From NCBI GenBank assembly GCA_963850305.1, contig CAWKKR010000001.1, positions 608,001 through 672,000 of the forward strand: DNA of 64,000 bases. The letters run 5' to 3'. The translations under genes were made by a program, and so were the position numbers. The first letter of the stretch is position 1, and each line of letters begins with the position of its first letter. Of the stretch, positions 1 through 9,697 are shown one piece after another. Under the pieces are notes generated by a model that did no database searches, was not told where the DNA came from, and saw only the letters and a program-made list of their open reading frames with translations. The stretch comes from an uncultured delta proteobacterium. Its GTDB lineage: Bacteria; Myxococcota_A; Polyangia; Polyangiales; Polyangiaceae.

Positions 1-645
1 TGACTCCGTGTTCGGCGCATCGAGCCGCGCGATGAAACCCGCCCGCGGATTCAGTTGTGCGATGCTCCGACCGAAGATGGGACGTGCCTGCCTGAGCCCG
101 CGATGCGGCGTGCCGAGCGTGACGACGCGCCGTACGCGACGATGACCGTCGAGGAGATCGACATACGTTCGCGCGACCACGCCGCCGAGCGAATGACAGA
201 CCAGGTCGATCTCCGTCGCGCCGGTTTGCCGGAGAACGCCGTCCACGAAGTCGCGCAAACGCGCCGCGCTGGCTTCGATCGGGCTCGCGATCGTGTCGTA
301 GTTGAAGCCGAAGAATGGCCCGAAGCCCTGCCGTCGCAGGGCGCGCGCGAGCCAGACGAAGTTCGTTCGGTTCTGCGTGAAGCCGTGCACGAGAACGATC
401 GGACGGCTCCGTTCAGCACCGGTTCGCGCCGGCAATGCGCGGCCGAGAAACCAACCGAACGGCAAGAGCGATTGCGTGATGCAAACCCAGAGGGTTTCCG
501 TCGCGAAGTACCGGATACCGGGCCATCCGAAGGCACCACGCGTCAGGGCGAGCGCGTAGAGGTAGGTGGAGACGACGAACGCCCCCGCGACACAGACGCC
601 GAGCGCGAGGGCCTCCAGAATCGACACTGCGAGGGAGCCGTGCAT
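1..645 (-). CDS. Alpha/beta-hydrolase (lipase/esterase family), 3' end runs off the window
   Basis: Manual translation, absent from the ORF track because there is no stop in the window: MHGSLAVSILEAL...PIVLVHGFTQN...IDLVCHSLGGVVAR...VVTLGTPHRG. Shows oxyanion HG, nucleophile elbow xHSxGG and GTPHxG, with a hydrophobic N-terminus. Lies directly downstream of the monooxygenase on the same strand. Confidence 0.85.
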   Translation of the reverse strand, partial: MHGSLAVSILEALALGVCVAGAFVVSTYLYALALTRGAFGWPGIRYFATETLWVCITQSLLPFGWFLGRALPARTGAERSRPIVLVHGFTQNRTNFVWLARALRRQGFGPFFGFNYDTIASPIEASAARLRDFVDGVLRQTGATEIDLVCHSLGGVVARTYVDLLDGHRRVRRVVTLGTPHRGLRQARPIFGRSIAQLNPRAGFIARLDAPNTES

Positions 646-674
646 CGAAGTCTCCGTCTAGCACGCGCGCGGGT

Positions 675-2240
675 TCACGCGTTCGGCTGCATGGCCATGG
701 CGTCGGCCGATGCGATCTCGCGCGCGGGCTCCGGAACGACCGCCGTCAGCCGATAGTGCTCGGGCTCGACTCGGCGTGTCAGCATCCGGAACACGAAGGT
801 GAACGACGGCCAGATCGTGGTGTTCTTGCCGGTTTCGGTCGTGTACCAGGCGGTGCAGCCGGACGCCCAAACGGATTTCTTCATCTGCGCCTGGATCTTG
901 TCGTTGAAGACTCGCTGCGCGGCTTCGCGAACCTCGATCCGGTTCGCTCCCGCCCGGCGCAAAGAGGAGATCGCTTCGATGATGTGGCCGATCTGCGATT
1001 CGATCATGAACACCATCGAGCTGTGGCCGAGACCCGAGTTTGGACCGACGATGAAGAACAGATTCGGAAACCCGGCTACGGTCGTGCCGAGATACGCCTC
1101 CGCGCCGTCGCGCCAGACCTCTGCCAGATCCCGGCCGCCCGCGCCGCGAATGACGAACGGAGAGACCGCCTCCGCCGCCTGGAATCCGGTGCCGAGAATG
1201 AGCGCATCGAGCGAGTGCAATCGCCCGTCCCGCGTGACGACGCCCTCTGGCTTGATTTCGCGTATGCCGTGCGTCACGAGCTCGACGCCCGGACGCTGCA
1301 ATCCCTCGTAATAGTCGTTCGAGAGGAGCACGCGCTTGCAGCCCATCGTGTAGCTGGGCGTCAGCTTCGCGCGGAGCGCCGGGTCGGACACGCTGCGCTC
1401 GAGGTATCGACGCGCCATACGCTCGGGGTACGCCATGAGCTTCGGATGAATGACGAAGCCGAGCACCCGGAGCTCGCAGAGGAAATAGAGGAACGCCCGG
1501 TACAACCACTGCACGAACGGCACGAAGCGGTAAAAGAAGCGCTCCACGGCTCCGATGGGACGATCCGGCTTCGGCAAGACCCACGGGGGCGTGCGCTGGA
1601 ACAGATGAAGCTCCCTCGTGCGCCCGGAGATCTGCGGCACGAACTGAATTGCGCTCGCTCCCGTACCGATGACGCCCACCGACTTTCCGGCGAGGTCGAA
1701 GGTGTGATCCCAGCGCGCCGAATGAAAGAGCCGGCCCGCAAACGTCTCGAGGCCGGGGATGTCGGGGTACACGGGTCGACTCAGGCCCCCGGTCGCCGCG
1801 ACGACGATGTCCGCTTCGAGCCGCTCTCCGTTCGCGAGCTCGACGGTCCACACGTTCGATGCCTCGTCGAAGCGTGCTGCGACGACTTCTGCGTCGAAAC
1901 GTAGATGCGAGCGGATGCAATACTTGTCCGCGCAGTGTTCGAGGTATGCCCGGATCTCTTTTTGCGGCGCGAACGTCCGCGACCACGCCGGGTTCTTCTC
2001 GAACGAAAATGAATAAAGATGCGACTCCACGTCGCACGCGGCGCCCGGGTAGTCATTGTCTCGCCAGGTGCCCCCGAGGCTGCTCGCCTTCTCGAGAATG
2101 ACGAAGGTGTCGATGCCCGCCTGCTTCAGCCGAATGCCCATCCCGAGACCGCCGAAGCCGGTACCGATGACGACGACTCGGGGGCTTTTTCGGGTGGCCT
2201 GGGCTCGAAACCCCAACTCCCTCTGGGGCAGGTCGTTCAT
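675..2240 (-). CDS. Flavin-containing monooxygenase, type I Baeyer-Villiger (CzcO/FMO-like)
   Basis: Two Rossmann motifs (GTGFGG, GTGASA), GGTWRDNDYPG, BVMO fingerprint FxGxxxHxxxW (FAGRLFHSARWD), FPNLFFIVGPN. Confidence 0.93.
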   Translation of the reverse strand: MNDLPQRELGFRAQATRKSPRVVVIGTGFGGLGMGIRLKQAGIDTFVILEKASSLGGTWRDNDYPGAACDVESHLYSFSFEKNPAWSRTFAPQKEIRAYLEHCADKYCIRSHLRFDAEVVAARFDEASNVWTVELANGERLEADIVVAATGGLSRPVYPDIPGLETFAGRLFHSARWDHTFDLAGKSVGVIGTGASAIQFVPQISGRTRELHLFQRTPPWVLPKPDRPIGAVERFFYRFVPFVQWLYRAFLYFLCELRVLGFVIHPKLMAYPERMARRYLERSVSDPALRAKLTPSYTMGCKRVLLSNDYYEGLQRPGVELVTHGIREIKPEGVVTRDGRLHSLDALILGTGFQAAEAVSPFVIRGAGGRDLAEVWRDGAEAYLGTTVAGFPNLFFIVGPNSGLGHSSMVFMIESQIGHIIEAISSLRRAGANRIEVREAAQRVFNDKIQAQMKKSVWASGCTAWYTTETGKNTTIWPSFTFVFRMLTRRVEPEHYRLTAVVPEPAREIASADAMAMQPNA

Positions 2241-2280
2241 GTTGACAGCATGTTAGCCGCCTACTAAAAGAGTGTCAACA
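2240..2280. promoter_or_regulatory. Overlapping divergent sigma70-type promoters / probable TetR operator
   Basis: Inverted repeat TGTTGACA(2240-2247)...TGTCAACA(2273-2280). Minus strand: TTGACA(2278-2273)-17 nt-TAACAT(2255-2250). Plus strand: TTGACA(2242-2247)-17 nt-TAAAAG(2265-2270). Confidence 0.7.
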
Positions 2281-2285
2281 AGCCA

Positions 2286-3005
2286 TTGACCGGCAAGGCC
2301 CCCTTAACCTTGGCTCCCCAAACCGTGACCCTGGCTCCCCCCATCACGCGCGATTCGTGGAAGCGCCTCACGCCGGAGCAGCGGCGGGCACAGCTCATGT
2401 CGATCGCCGAAGAGCTCTTCCAGACGCGGCCCTACGCGGAGATTGGCGTCGTGGATGTCGCCAAGGCAGCGGGTATCACGCACGGGCTCATCTATCACTA
2501 CTTCCCGAGCAAGGAGGCGCTCTTCACCGCCACGTTCGAGGCGCGCGCGGCGGAGCTCGTGGAGCGGTGCTCGCCGGATCCGGCCTTGCCCATCGCCGAG
2601 CAGGTGGACGTCGGCGTGCGCGGCTACCTCGACTACGTCGAAGAACATCGCGTTCCCTATCTCAACCTGTTCCGGAACGTCGTCTCGGGTCACGAGGATT
2701 TCATTCGCATCTGCGAGGGCACGAGGAGCAAGATCATCACGCGGTTTCTCGCGGGCGTCGGGATGGAAGCGATGCCGCTCCCGGCCACGCGGCTCTCGCT
2801 CCGGGGTTACATCGGCTACATCGAGAGCGCCGTCCTCGAGTGGCTCGAGAGGCCATCCGTTCCCCGCTCGACGCTCGAGCGGCTGATCTTCGCCGTGATC
2901 GGCACTGCGCTCCGCACCGGCTTCGCCCTCGACGCCAGGGACTTCGGCGTGCCGGATCTGTCGGCGGCGTTCGACGCTTACGACGCTTACTTCAAGCTCG
3001 AATAG
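2286..3005 (+). CDS. TetR/AcrR family transcriptional regulator
   Basis: HTH signature 'AEELF...YAEIGVVDVAKAAGITHGLIYHYFPSKEALF'. Divergent from the BVMO. Exact start uncertain. Confidence 0.92.
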   Translation: MTGKAPLTLAPQTVTLAPPITRDSWKRLTPEQRRAQLMSIAEELFQTRPYAEIGVVDVAKAAGITHGLIYHYFPSKEALFTATFEARAAELVERCSPDPALPIAEQVDVGVRGYLDYVEEHRVPYLNLFRNVVSGHEDFIRICEGTRSKIITRFLAGVGMEAMPLPATRLSLRGYIGYIESAVLEWLERPSVPRSTLERLIFAVIGTALRTGFALDARDFGVPDLSAAFDAYDAYFKLE

Positions 3006-3083
3006 CGTTCGAGGCCGGCTCTGTAGTCGCGTCCCGACGGCAAGTCCTCGCTCCCTCCGGTTGTCTTCGCCTAGGATGCCGGC

Positions 3084-3716
3084 GTGGTGGACGTGACCAG
3101 GACCCGAACCGAACCCCGAGCGAGTCGCTGGATATATATTGCGCTCCTGTGCGCGGGCGCCACGATCGGCTGCGGCGGCGCCGGTGCGTTCACGTGGTAC
3201 CGGGATCTGCCGAAGGCCGAGTGGGGAGAGGCGTCGAACGAATACGTCATCGGCGTGGGCGACACGCTACACGTACAGGTCTACGAGCAAGAAGGGCTGA
3301 CGACCCTGGCGAAGATCCGGAGCGATGGGCGCATCGCTCTGCCCTTCGTCGGCGAGATTGTAGCCGTCGGGAAACATCCGTCGGCACTCGCGAGGGAACT
3401 CGAGGCCCGACTGAAGGAATTCATAGTATCACCGCGGGTGACGGTGAACGTGGACGTGTCGCAGCCCGTCGTCGTCAGCGTGCTGGGTGAAGTGCACAAG
3501 GTCGGCTCGCTCAGCCTGGATTCTTCCGCGGGGCTGCTGCGAGCCCTCGCAGAGGCGGGAGGCCTGACGGACTACGCAGATAAATCCAGCATCTACGTCC
3601 TGCGGAAGACGCCGGAGTTTCGTCGGATTCGGTTCACCTATGACGCGCTCGTCCACAACGAAGGCAGCGCAGCGACGTTCTCCCTGCGAACGGGAGACGT
3701 GATCGTGGTGGAGTGA
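3084..3716 (+). CDS. Short OPX/Wza-family polysaccharide export lipoprotein (Poly_export + SLBB)
   Basis: Lipobox-like TIGC, EYVIGVGDTLHVQVY, IRSDGRIALPFVGEI, VSVLGEV, ALAEAGGLT. Ends at LRTGDVIVVE with no C-terminal OM helix. Confidence 0.9.
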   Translation: MVDVTRTRTEPRASRWIYIALLCAGATIGCGGAGAFTWYRDLPKAEWGEASNEYVIGVGDTLHVQVYEQEGLTTLAKIRSDGRIALPFVGEIVAVGKHPSALARELEARLKEFIVSPRVTVNVDVSQPVVVSVLGEVHKVGSLSLDSSAGLLRALAEAGGLTDYADKSSIYVLRKTPEFRRIRFTYDALVHNEGSAATFSLRTGDVIVVE

Positions 3717-5026
3717 ACACGCTCGCCGCGCTCGTGGTGCTCGGTCAACTTGCGGGGCAGGCACCTGGGGGCGGCGCCCCCGCGAACGTCTTCTCGATCG
3801 GAGACCGGACGGAAGTACGATTCCGTTCCAACCCCATCGTCGGCGGTAACCCCACGACGGAAGACGTCGAGACTGTGCTCATGTCGAACCTCGCCTTCGA
3901 GGGACGTCACGAGAGCCTGACCCTCGCCTACTACCCGCGATTCACTTATGACGACATCTCCGGTGAACGCGACCTGACCTTGATGCATTCCGGGCGGATC
4001 CTCGCGACGTGGTGGACGCCGCGTTTTCGTCTGACCGGCGCCATCGACGGCGCCATCGGCTCGCAGAGCGTCGTCGGGCTGGCGTCACCACTCGGGTATG
4101 CGAGCGACACCGCGACGACGGGCACCGCCGGCGCCTCGCTCGTGCCCGCCGCGCTGCCGCCCGCGTATTTGCCGACGTACGTCGGCGTTTTGACGACCGG
4201 CCTGCTCCGCGCGACGCTCAGCGCAAGCTACCTCTTGTCGCGGCGGTGGAGCACCCTGTCGACCGCGTACTACGCCATGTCCGCGGGGCTCGACTGGCAG
4301 TCACAGCGTCCATCCGGTTTGCCACCGAACCTCGGAGGTGGAGGTAGCGAGCTGATAAATTACTCGGCAAGTCACCGCGACCAGCTGGGGACGCAACTGA
4401 CCGGCACGTATGTCTCCGTTCTCCAGACGCCGACGCCCGTTGGGGAACCCACGACGAGCACCGCCGGCGTGTACTACACGCTGTCGTTCGCGGAGGTGTA
4501 CCGGCGAATGCTCTCGGAGCGCAGTCAAGCGGGTCTCACGGCAGGGGTTGGGTATCTCCACGCGCCGTCCGGGCTGGCCGCTGGCACGACGACGGGCCCG
4601 ACCGGAGTCGGTCAGGCCTTCATCGCCACGGCCGTGCCACTCCGGAATGACGCGACCCTCGCGCTCCGGGCGGCCGCCGACGTGGGAACCGCGTACAACC
4701 CGATCATCGGCGTCGTGGAAGAGCAGGCGAGCGCAGCGCTCTCGGTCGGTTGGGTCGAGAGGCGAATGAGCGTCGTGGCCGTCGGCGGCGCCGCGGCCAG
4801 TTTGCCGCTCAACACCACGGACGCCACGCGAGTCGTGTCGGGCTCGCTGACGATCGGGTACCGTCCGGGCGACGCCGTCCAACTTCAGACGGGCGTTCGC
4901 GCCTACGCCGAGGTGCTTCCGACGCTGCCTGGTGTGGCGCCGACAACGGCAACCGTGACGTCGTACCCCCCACAGTGGGCGGTCTTCGCGGCCATCGTAT
5001 TGACCGCGCCGAGCGTCGAGTTCTGA
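3713..5026 (+). CDS. Probable outer-membrane beta-barrel partner of the OPX protein (EpsX/Wzp-like)
   Basis: GTGA overlap with the OPX gene, signal peptide, many alternating amphipathic strands with aromatic residues, C-terminal Phe. Family assignment rests on context. Confidence 0.6.
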   Translation: MNTLAALVVLGQLAGQAPGGGAPANVFSIGDRTEVRFRSNPIVGGNPTTEDVETVLMSNLAFEGRHESLTLAYYPRFTYDDISGERDLTLMHSGRILATWWTPRFRLTGAIDGAIGSQSVVGLASPLGYASDTATTGTAGASLVPAALPPAYLPTYVGVLTTGLLRATLSASYLLSRRWSTLSTAYYAMSAGLDWQSQRPSGLPPNLGGGGSELINYSASHRDQLGTQLTGTYVSVLQTPTPVGEPTTSTAGVYYTLSFAEVYRRMLSERSQAGLTAGVGYLHAPSGLAAGTTTGPTGVGQAFIATAVPLRNDATLALRAAADVGTAYNPIIGVVEEQASAALSVGWVERRMSVVAVGGAAASLPLNTTDATRVVSGSLTIGYRPGDAVQLQTGVRAYAEVLPTLPGVAPTTATVTSYPPQWAVFAAIVLTAPSVEF

Positions 5027-5119
5027 GTGCTATTTCCTTGCCTGGAGCGATCTATAAAAGATAGGTTGCGAGACTTCCATGCGCGAAGCACCAAACGCCG
5101 CGCCCTCTCCGTCCTGATC

Positions 5120-7521
5120 ATGAATCAGCAGGAAATCCTGCCGGTTGTCCCGGCTCCGGTCCATTCCATCCCCTCGAGCTCGGCTGGCTGGCCCTTCGTG
5201 CCACGGCTCAGGATCTATTCGGAACGCGTCACCCTGGATTCAGGCGATTCACTGCGGGTGAAGCTGAGCGACGCGACGCGCACCGTCGCGTCGCTCGTTT
5301 TCGACTACGGAGACGGAGAGCTCTATCGCGCATCCGAGCCGGAAAATGTCCACGCCGGGGATGACGATGACGCCGTCGAGACCTCGGACTTCCCCGACTC
5401 CGTGAGCGCGTTCGTCGATAGGCGAAATAGCCGCGCCGAGGCACGAGCGCAATGCATGCTCGAGAGCTTCGGGGCCGTGGAGCTCGCGCGACTCGATGAC
5501 GTGCTCGTCGCGCCCACTTCACGCGCGGACTACCTGGTGCACCAGGACGACAGCGTGCACGCGCTCTGCTCCTTCCTGGCGCACGCGGTGCCGCTCCTGC
5601 GCGAGCGCGGCTTCGACGTCGAGATCGACGAACATCAGCCGCGGGTGACAAAGCCGGCTGCATCCTTCTACGCGGCGCTCCGCGGGGATGACGGGGACGA
5701 TGCTGGCGATTGGTTCAGCCTCGAGCTTGGCGTCGATGTCGACGGCGAACGCATCGATCTGTTGCCCGCCCTGCTCGACCTGCTGAGATCCGTTCCCGAC
5801 GATTCGAGCCTGGCGGCGCTTCGTCGTCTTCCGGCAAAGTACCGCGTGCTCAGGGTCGAAGACGGTCGCTATCTGCCGTTTTCACCGGACCGCCTGATTG
5901 CGCTCCTCGAGGTGCTCATAGATCTATACGACGGTGCGCCGTCCCCCGAGGCGAGCGGACGGTTCCGGAAGGAACGCGCGCTGTGCCTGACCGGCCTGGA
6001 CGATGTGCTCGGCTCCGAACGACCAATGCGCTGGGATGGAGGGTCCGAGACCGTCGAGCGCGCGCGAAAATTCCTTCGTGAGCCCAGAAAGGCGCCGCCG
6101 CCGGCTCATGGTCTCGCCGTCACGCTGCGGCCATACCAGGAAGAGGGCCTCGCGTGGCTTCAGCACCTGCGCGAAAACGAGATGGGCGGCGTGCTCGCCG
6201 ACGACATGGGGCTCGGCAAGACATTGCAGACGATTGCGCACCTCGTGGTCGAGAAGCGGTCCGGCCGCATGAACATCCCGAGCCTTGTCGTCATGCCGAC
6301 GAGCCTCATCGGAAACTGGCAACGCGAGCTCCGGAAATTCGCTCCTGGCCTGTTGACGCTCGTGCTCCACGGCCGAGACAGGAATCGGCACAGCCGCTAC
6401 GTCGCGCGGGCAGACGTCGTTCTGACGACGTATCCGGTGTTGCTTCGGGATATCGAATCGCTGAAAGAGGCCGCGTTTCACCTCGTGGTACTCGACGAGG
6501 CGCAGGCCATCAAAAATCCGCGGAGTCGCGCCCATCAGGCTGCGGCGGAGCTCAACGCGCGACACCGCCTGTGCCTGACGGGAACACCCGTCGAAAATAA
6601 CCTCGACGAACTCTGGGCCCTGTTCGATTTCCTCGCGAAGGGAATGCTCGGCACCGGAGCGGAGTTTCGCGCTCGGTTCCGGCTTCCGATCGAGCGTCGT
6701 GGGGACGAGCAACAACTCTCGCTCCTCCGCGAGCGCGTCGCGCCGTTCGTGCTGCGCCGCATGAAGGAGGACGTGGCCAAGGAGCTCCCCCCAAGACGGA
6801 GCTCGTTCGGCCCGTCGAGATGCAGGGCAAGGAACGCGAGCTTTACGAGAACATCCGCGTCGCGGCCCACGCCGAAATCCGCGGATTGATCCGCAAGAAG
6901 GGCATCGTCGCATCCACGATCGCGATCCTCGACGCGCTGATGAAGCTCCGGCAGGCGTGCTGCCACCCGAAGCTCGTCGCGGTGGACCAGGCTCGGAACG
7001 TGACCGGGTCGGCGAAATTCGACGTGCTCCTGGGGATGCTCGACGAGCAACTCGGGCAGGGACGGAGCGTCCTCGTCTTCTCGCAATTCGCGCGCATGCT
7101 CGCGCTCATCTCGGAAGAACTATTGAAGCGCGGGGTCCGTCACACGACGTTGACCGGTGCGACGCGCGATCGCCAGGGGGCCATCGATGCGTTCCAGAAC
7201 GCCAAGGCCGACGTATTCCTCATCAGCCTGAAGGCGGGTGGCACGGGGCTCAACCTCACGCGCGCCGACACGGTGATCCACTACGAGCCGTGGTGGAATC
7301 CCGCGGCCCAGGCACAAGCGACGGACCGCGCCCACCGCATCGGACAGACGAACCCGGTGTTCGTACACAACCTGATCGTGAGCGGGAGCGTCGAGGAGCG
7401 GATGCTGAGACTGCAGGAGAGGAAGCGCCACCTCGCCGACACCATCCTCGGCGCGACCAGCGGCGGCGCGAACCTGTCCGAAGACGACGTCGACGACCTG
7501 TTCGCGCCGCTCGATGACTAG
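5120..7521 (+). CDS. SNF2-family (SWI2/SNF2) DEAD-like helicase, frameshifted near 6790
   Basis: LRPYQEEG, GVLADDMGLGKT, VLDEAQAIKN and LTGTPVENNL in ORF 5027..6889. SLKAGGTGLNLT and WWNPAAQAQATDRAHRIGQ in ORF 6820..7521. The frames switch at the C6 run 6787-6792. Confidence 0.9.
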
Positions 7522-7525
7522 TAAA

Positions 7526-7602
7526 GGGGGGCCTTGCCGCCCCCGCGGCTCGCTTCGCGACCGCTCCCCCCGCCGCCTTCGGCGGGCTCGCTCCGCTCGC
7601 GT
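7526..7602. repeat. REP-like GC hairpin cluster / bidirectional terminator between convergent genes
   Basis: GGGGGG-ccttgccg-CCCCC (7526-7544) plus a second TTCG-loop hairpin gccTTCGgc within ccgccgccttcggcggg. Similar G6...C6 hairpins occur at 19011-19029 and 32235-32255. Confidence 0.5.
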
Positions 7603-7662
7603 AGTTCCGCACCTCCGTGATCCCTCGGGGACGACGCTGCTCGTCGATGCGGAACTACTACC

Positions 7663-8778
7663 TCACGGAAGCTTCGGTTCCTCCAGCGTGCCCTTGCACT
7701 CGAGTGCACCGAGGAAGGCGATGAGGTGCTTGAAGTCGTCGGGGGTGAGCTTCCGGTCGACGAGGCGCGCGTCGCGATTCTTGTTCTTGAAGCCGCCGCC
7801 GGCCATGAAGTGCACCGCGTCCTCGAGCTTCGCTTTCGAGCCGTTGTGGAAGTAGGGCGCGATCTTCGTAATGTTGCGGAGCGATGGTGTCTTGAAAGCG
7901 GCCCAGTCCGACTCGTTCCCCGTCACCTTCATGCGCCCTACGTCGACATCCGCCTCCTTCACGCCTTCGATCCCCATGCCGGTGTTGTGGTAACTGCCGG
8001 CGTCGGTGTTGTAAGCGTCGGAGAACATGGGCGGCGTGTGGCAGTTGAAACAGCCCGCTTTACCCGTGAAGAGACCCCAGCCCGCCTTCTGGTCTGCGTC
8101 CAGAGCTGACTGATCGCCTGCGTTGAACTTGTCGAAGGCCGTGTCGGCGCAGTAGAGCGTGCGCTCGTAAGACGACACTGCTTGCGCGATCGTCTCGGGG
8201 GTTGCGCCATCTCCGGGGAAGGCTTCGTCGAACTCCTTCTTGTAGCCAGGTATCGCCCCGATCTCTTTGGCCTTGGCCCTCAGATTCTCTTTGCCGACGC
8301 CCATGTTCGCGCCGGACCATGCGGCGGTCATCTGGTCTTCGAGCGTTTCGGCGCGACCGTCCCAGTAGAGTCGCGGGAGAAATCCGACGTTCCAGATCAT
8401 CGGCGCGTGGCGCGTCAGCTTGACACCCTTGGCCCCGACCCCGATCGGATCGTGACCTGCCGTCCCGTTCTCGTTCTGATGGCACGAATAGCAAGAGACG
8501 GAGCCGTCCACCGAGAGGCGCTTGTCGAAAAACAGCTGATGACCGAGCGCGACTTTCGCGGGCGTGAGCGGATTGTCCTTCGGCACCCGAAGCCCGGCGA
8601 ACGTCGGCACGGTGGGAAGCGGCGGATACGTCACCGCCGGCTCGGCGGGCGCCTCGACCTTCTTCGGCGTGGCCACCGCCGGGGGCGCCGGCGGCTGTTC
8701 TTTCGAGCAACCGAAAACTGCTGAGCCCACGACGGCCACCGTCGCGAGCGTTCCAAGACCAGAGAAGTGTAACGTCAC
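7663..8778 (-). CDS. Di-heme cytochrome c peroxidase (bCcP/MauG superfamily), lipoprotein
   Basis: CYSCH and CFNCH heme motifs, LGHQLFFDKRLS, LYWDGRAETLEDQ, FKTPSLRNI, APYFHNGS. GTG start at 8778 behind an AAAGGAGA RBS. Lipobox VFGC. Confidence 0.92.
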   Translation of the reverse strand: MTLHFSGLGTLATVAVVGSAVFGCSKEQPPAPPAVATPKKVEAPAEPAVTYPPLPTVPTFAGLRVPKDNPLTPAKVALGHQLFFDKRLSVDGSVSCYSCHQNENGTAGHDPIGVGAKGVKLTRHAPMIWNVGFLPRLYWDGRAETLEDQMTAAWSGANMGVGKENLRAKAKEIGAIPGYKKEFDEAFPGDGATPETIAQAVSSYERTLYCADTAFDKFNAGDQSALDADQKAGWGLFTGKAGCFNCHTPPMFSDAYNTDAGSYHNTGMGIEGVKEADVDVGRMKVTGNESDWAAFKTPSLRNITKIAPYFHNGSKAKLEDAVHFMAGGGFKNKNRDARLVDRKLTPDDFKHLIAFLGALECKGTLEEPKLP

Positions 8779-8896
8779 GGTCTCGTCTCCTTTTCTGGAT
8801 CGCGTCCCCGCGGCCCGCCGCGAGCTAGCCACGCTCGGGCGCGACTTTCAACAGGCACCGAGCTCCGCGAACTTCTGAGCGTGGTATTTTGCCCCA

Positions 8897-9682
8897 GTGA
8901 CTGGAATATCTTGTCCGAACTGCGGCGCGCCGCTGGATGCCATGGCTCGCCGCTGCGGTTATTGCGGGGGTCCCGTGGCGACTCTGCGGTGCGGCGGCTG
9001 CTACGCACTGAACGCGCCCGAGGCCCGACATTGCTCGGCATGCGGACGCGAGCTGGGGCTCGAACCCATCCCGGACCCGGAAGCCGCGTCCCTTGGATGT
9101 CCGCAGTGCGAGATAGCCTTGCGGGGGTTTGCGAGCGGCCCCGGGAGGTTGTTCGATTGCGACGGCTGCGGTGGACAGTTCGTCGAACACGCGCTGCTCC
9201 GAGATCTCCTCGAACGCCGTGAAGTGCGTGGTGAGGCGGTCCCGCGGCGTCCGCAGCTGCCGCCCTCGTCTCCGCAGATCGTGCACTATCTGCCGTGCCC
9301 GGTCTGCCAGAGGCTAATGAACCGTCACAACTTCGGCGCGAAGAGCGGTGTCATCGTCGATATCTGTGGCGGCCATGGCGTCTGGTTCCACGCACACGAT
9401 CTCGGAAGGGTCCTGGACTTCGTTGAGGGCGGCGGCCTCGATCGTGCGCGCCTTCAGAATGCGGAGGACCTCGGACGAGACCGCATCCAGGAGGCCGGAG
9501 GACAACTTCGAACCGATCAGCTCCCGCACCCGTTACCGTTCCGGATCAGCGGAGAGGATTCCACCATCGCGCATGCCCTGCCTTCGGCGTGGTCGACCGG
9601 GTTTGCGGACGACGGGAGAGAGCTGGCCGCCGCGATCTTTCATCGCCTCGAGGAGCTGTTCGAGCACCTGACGCGCGACTGA
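8897..9682 (+). CDS. Multi-zinc-ribbon protein (double zinc ribbon + zf-TFIIB-like)
   Basis: Eight CxxC/CxxH knuckles (CPNC, CGYC, CGGC, CSAC, CPQC, CDGC, CPVC, CGGH) and 'VIVDICGGHGVWF'. Confidence 0.8.
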   Translation: MTGISCPNCGAPLDAMARRCGYCGGPVATLRCGGCYALNAPEARHCSACGRELGLEPIPDPEAASLGCPQCEIALRGFASGPGRLFDCDGCGGQFVEHALLRDLLERREVRGEAVPRRPQLPPSSPQIVHYLPCPVCQRLMNRHNFGAKSGVIVDICGGHGVWFHAHDLGRVLDFVEGGGLDRARLQNAEDLGRDRIQEAGGQLRTDQLPHPLPFRISGEDSTIAHALPSAWSTGFADDGRELAAAIFHRLEELFEHLTRD

Positions 9683-9697
9683 GGGCTCGGAGAGCAC

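Noticed and set aside
5120..7521. SNF2 helicase as part of an anti-phage system (DISARM, Zorya or BREX-like)
   Set aside because: There is no adjacent methylase, nuclease or other defence gene. It looks like the common stand-alone bacterial SNF2.
7663..8778. MauG/MbnH-type protein-modifying enzyme
   Set aside because: It has PYFHNG and a Met (VHFMAGG) where MauG-like enzymes typically have a Tyr ligand, and no partner substrate gene is adjacent. An ordinary peroxidase is more likely.
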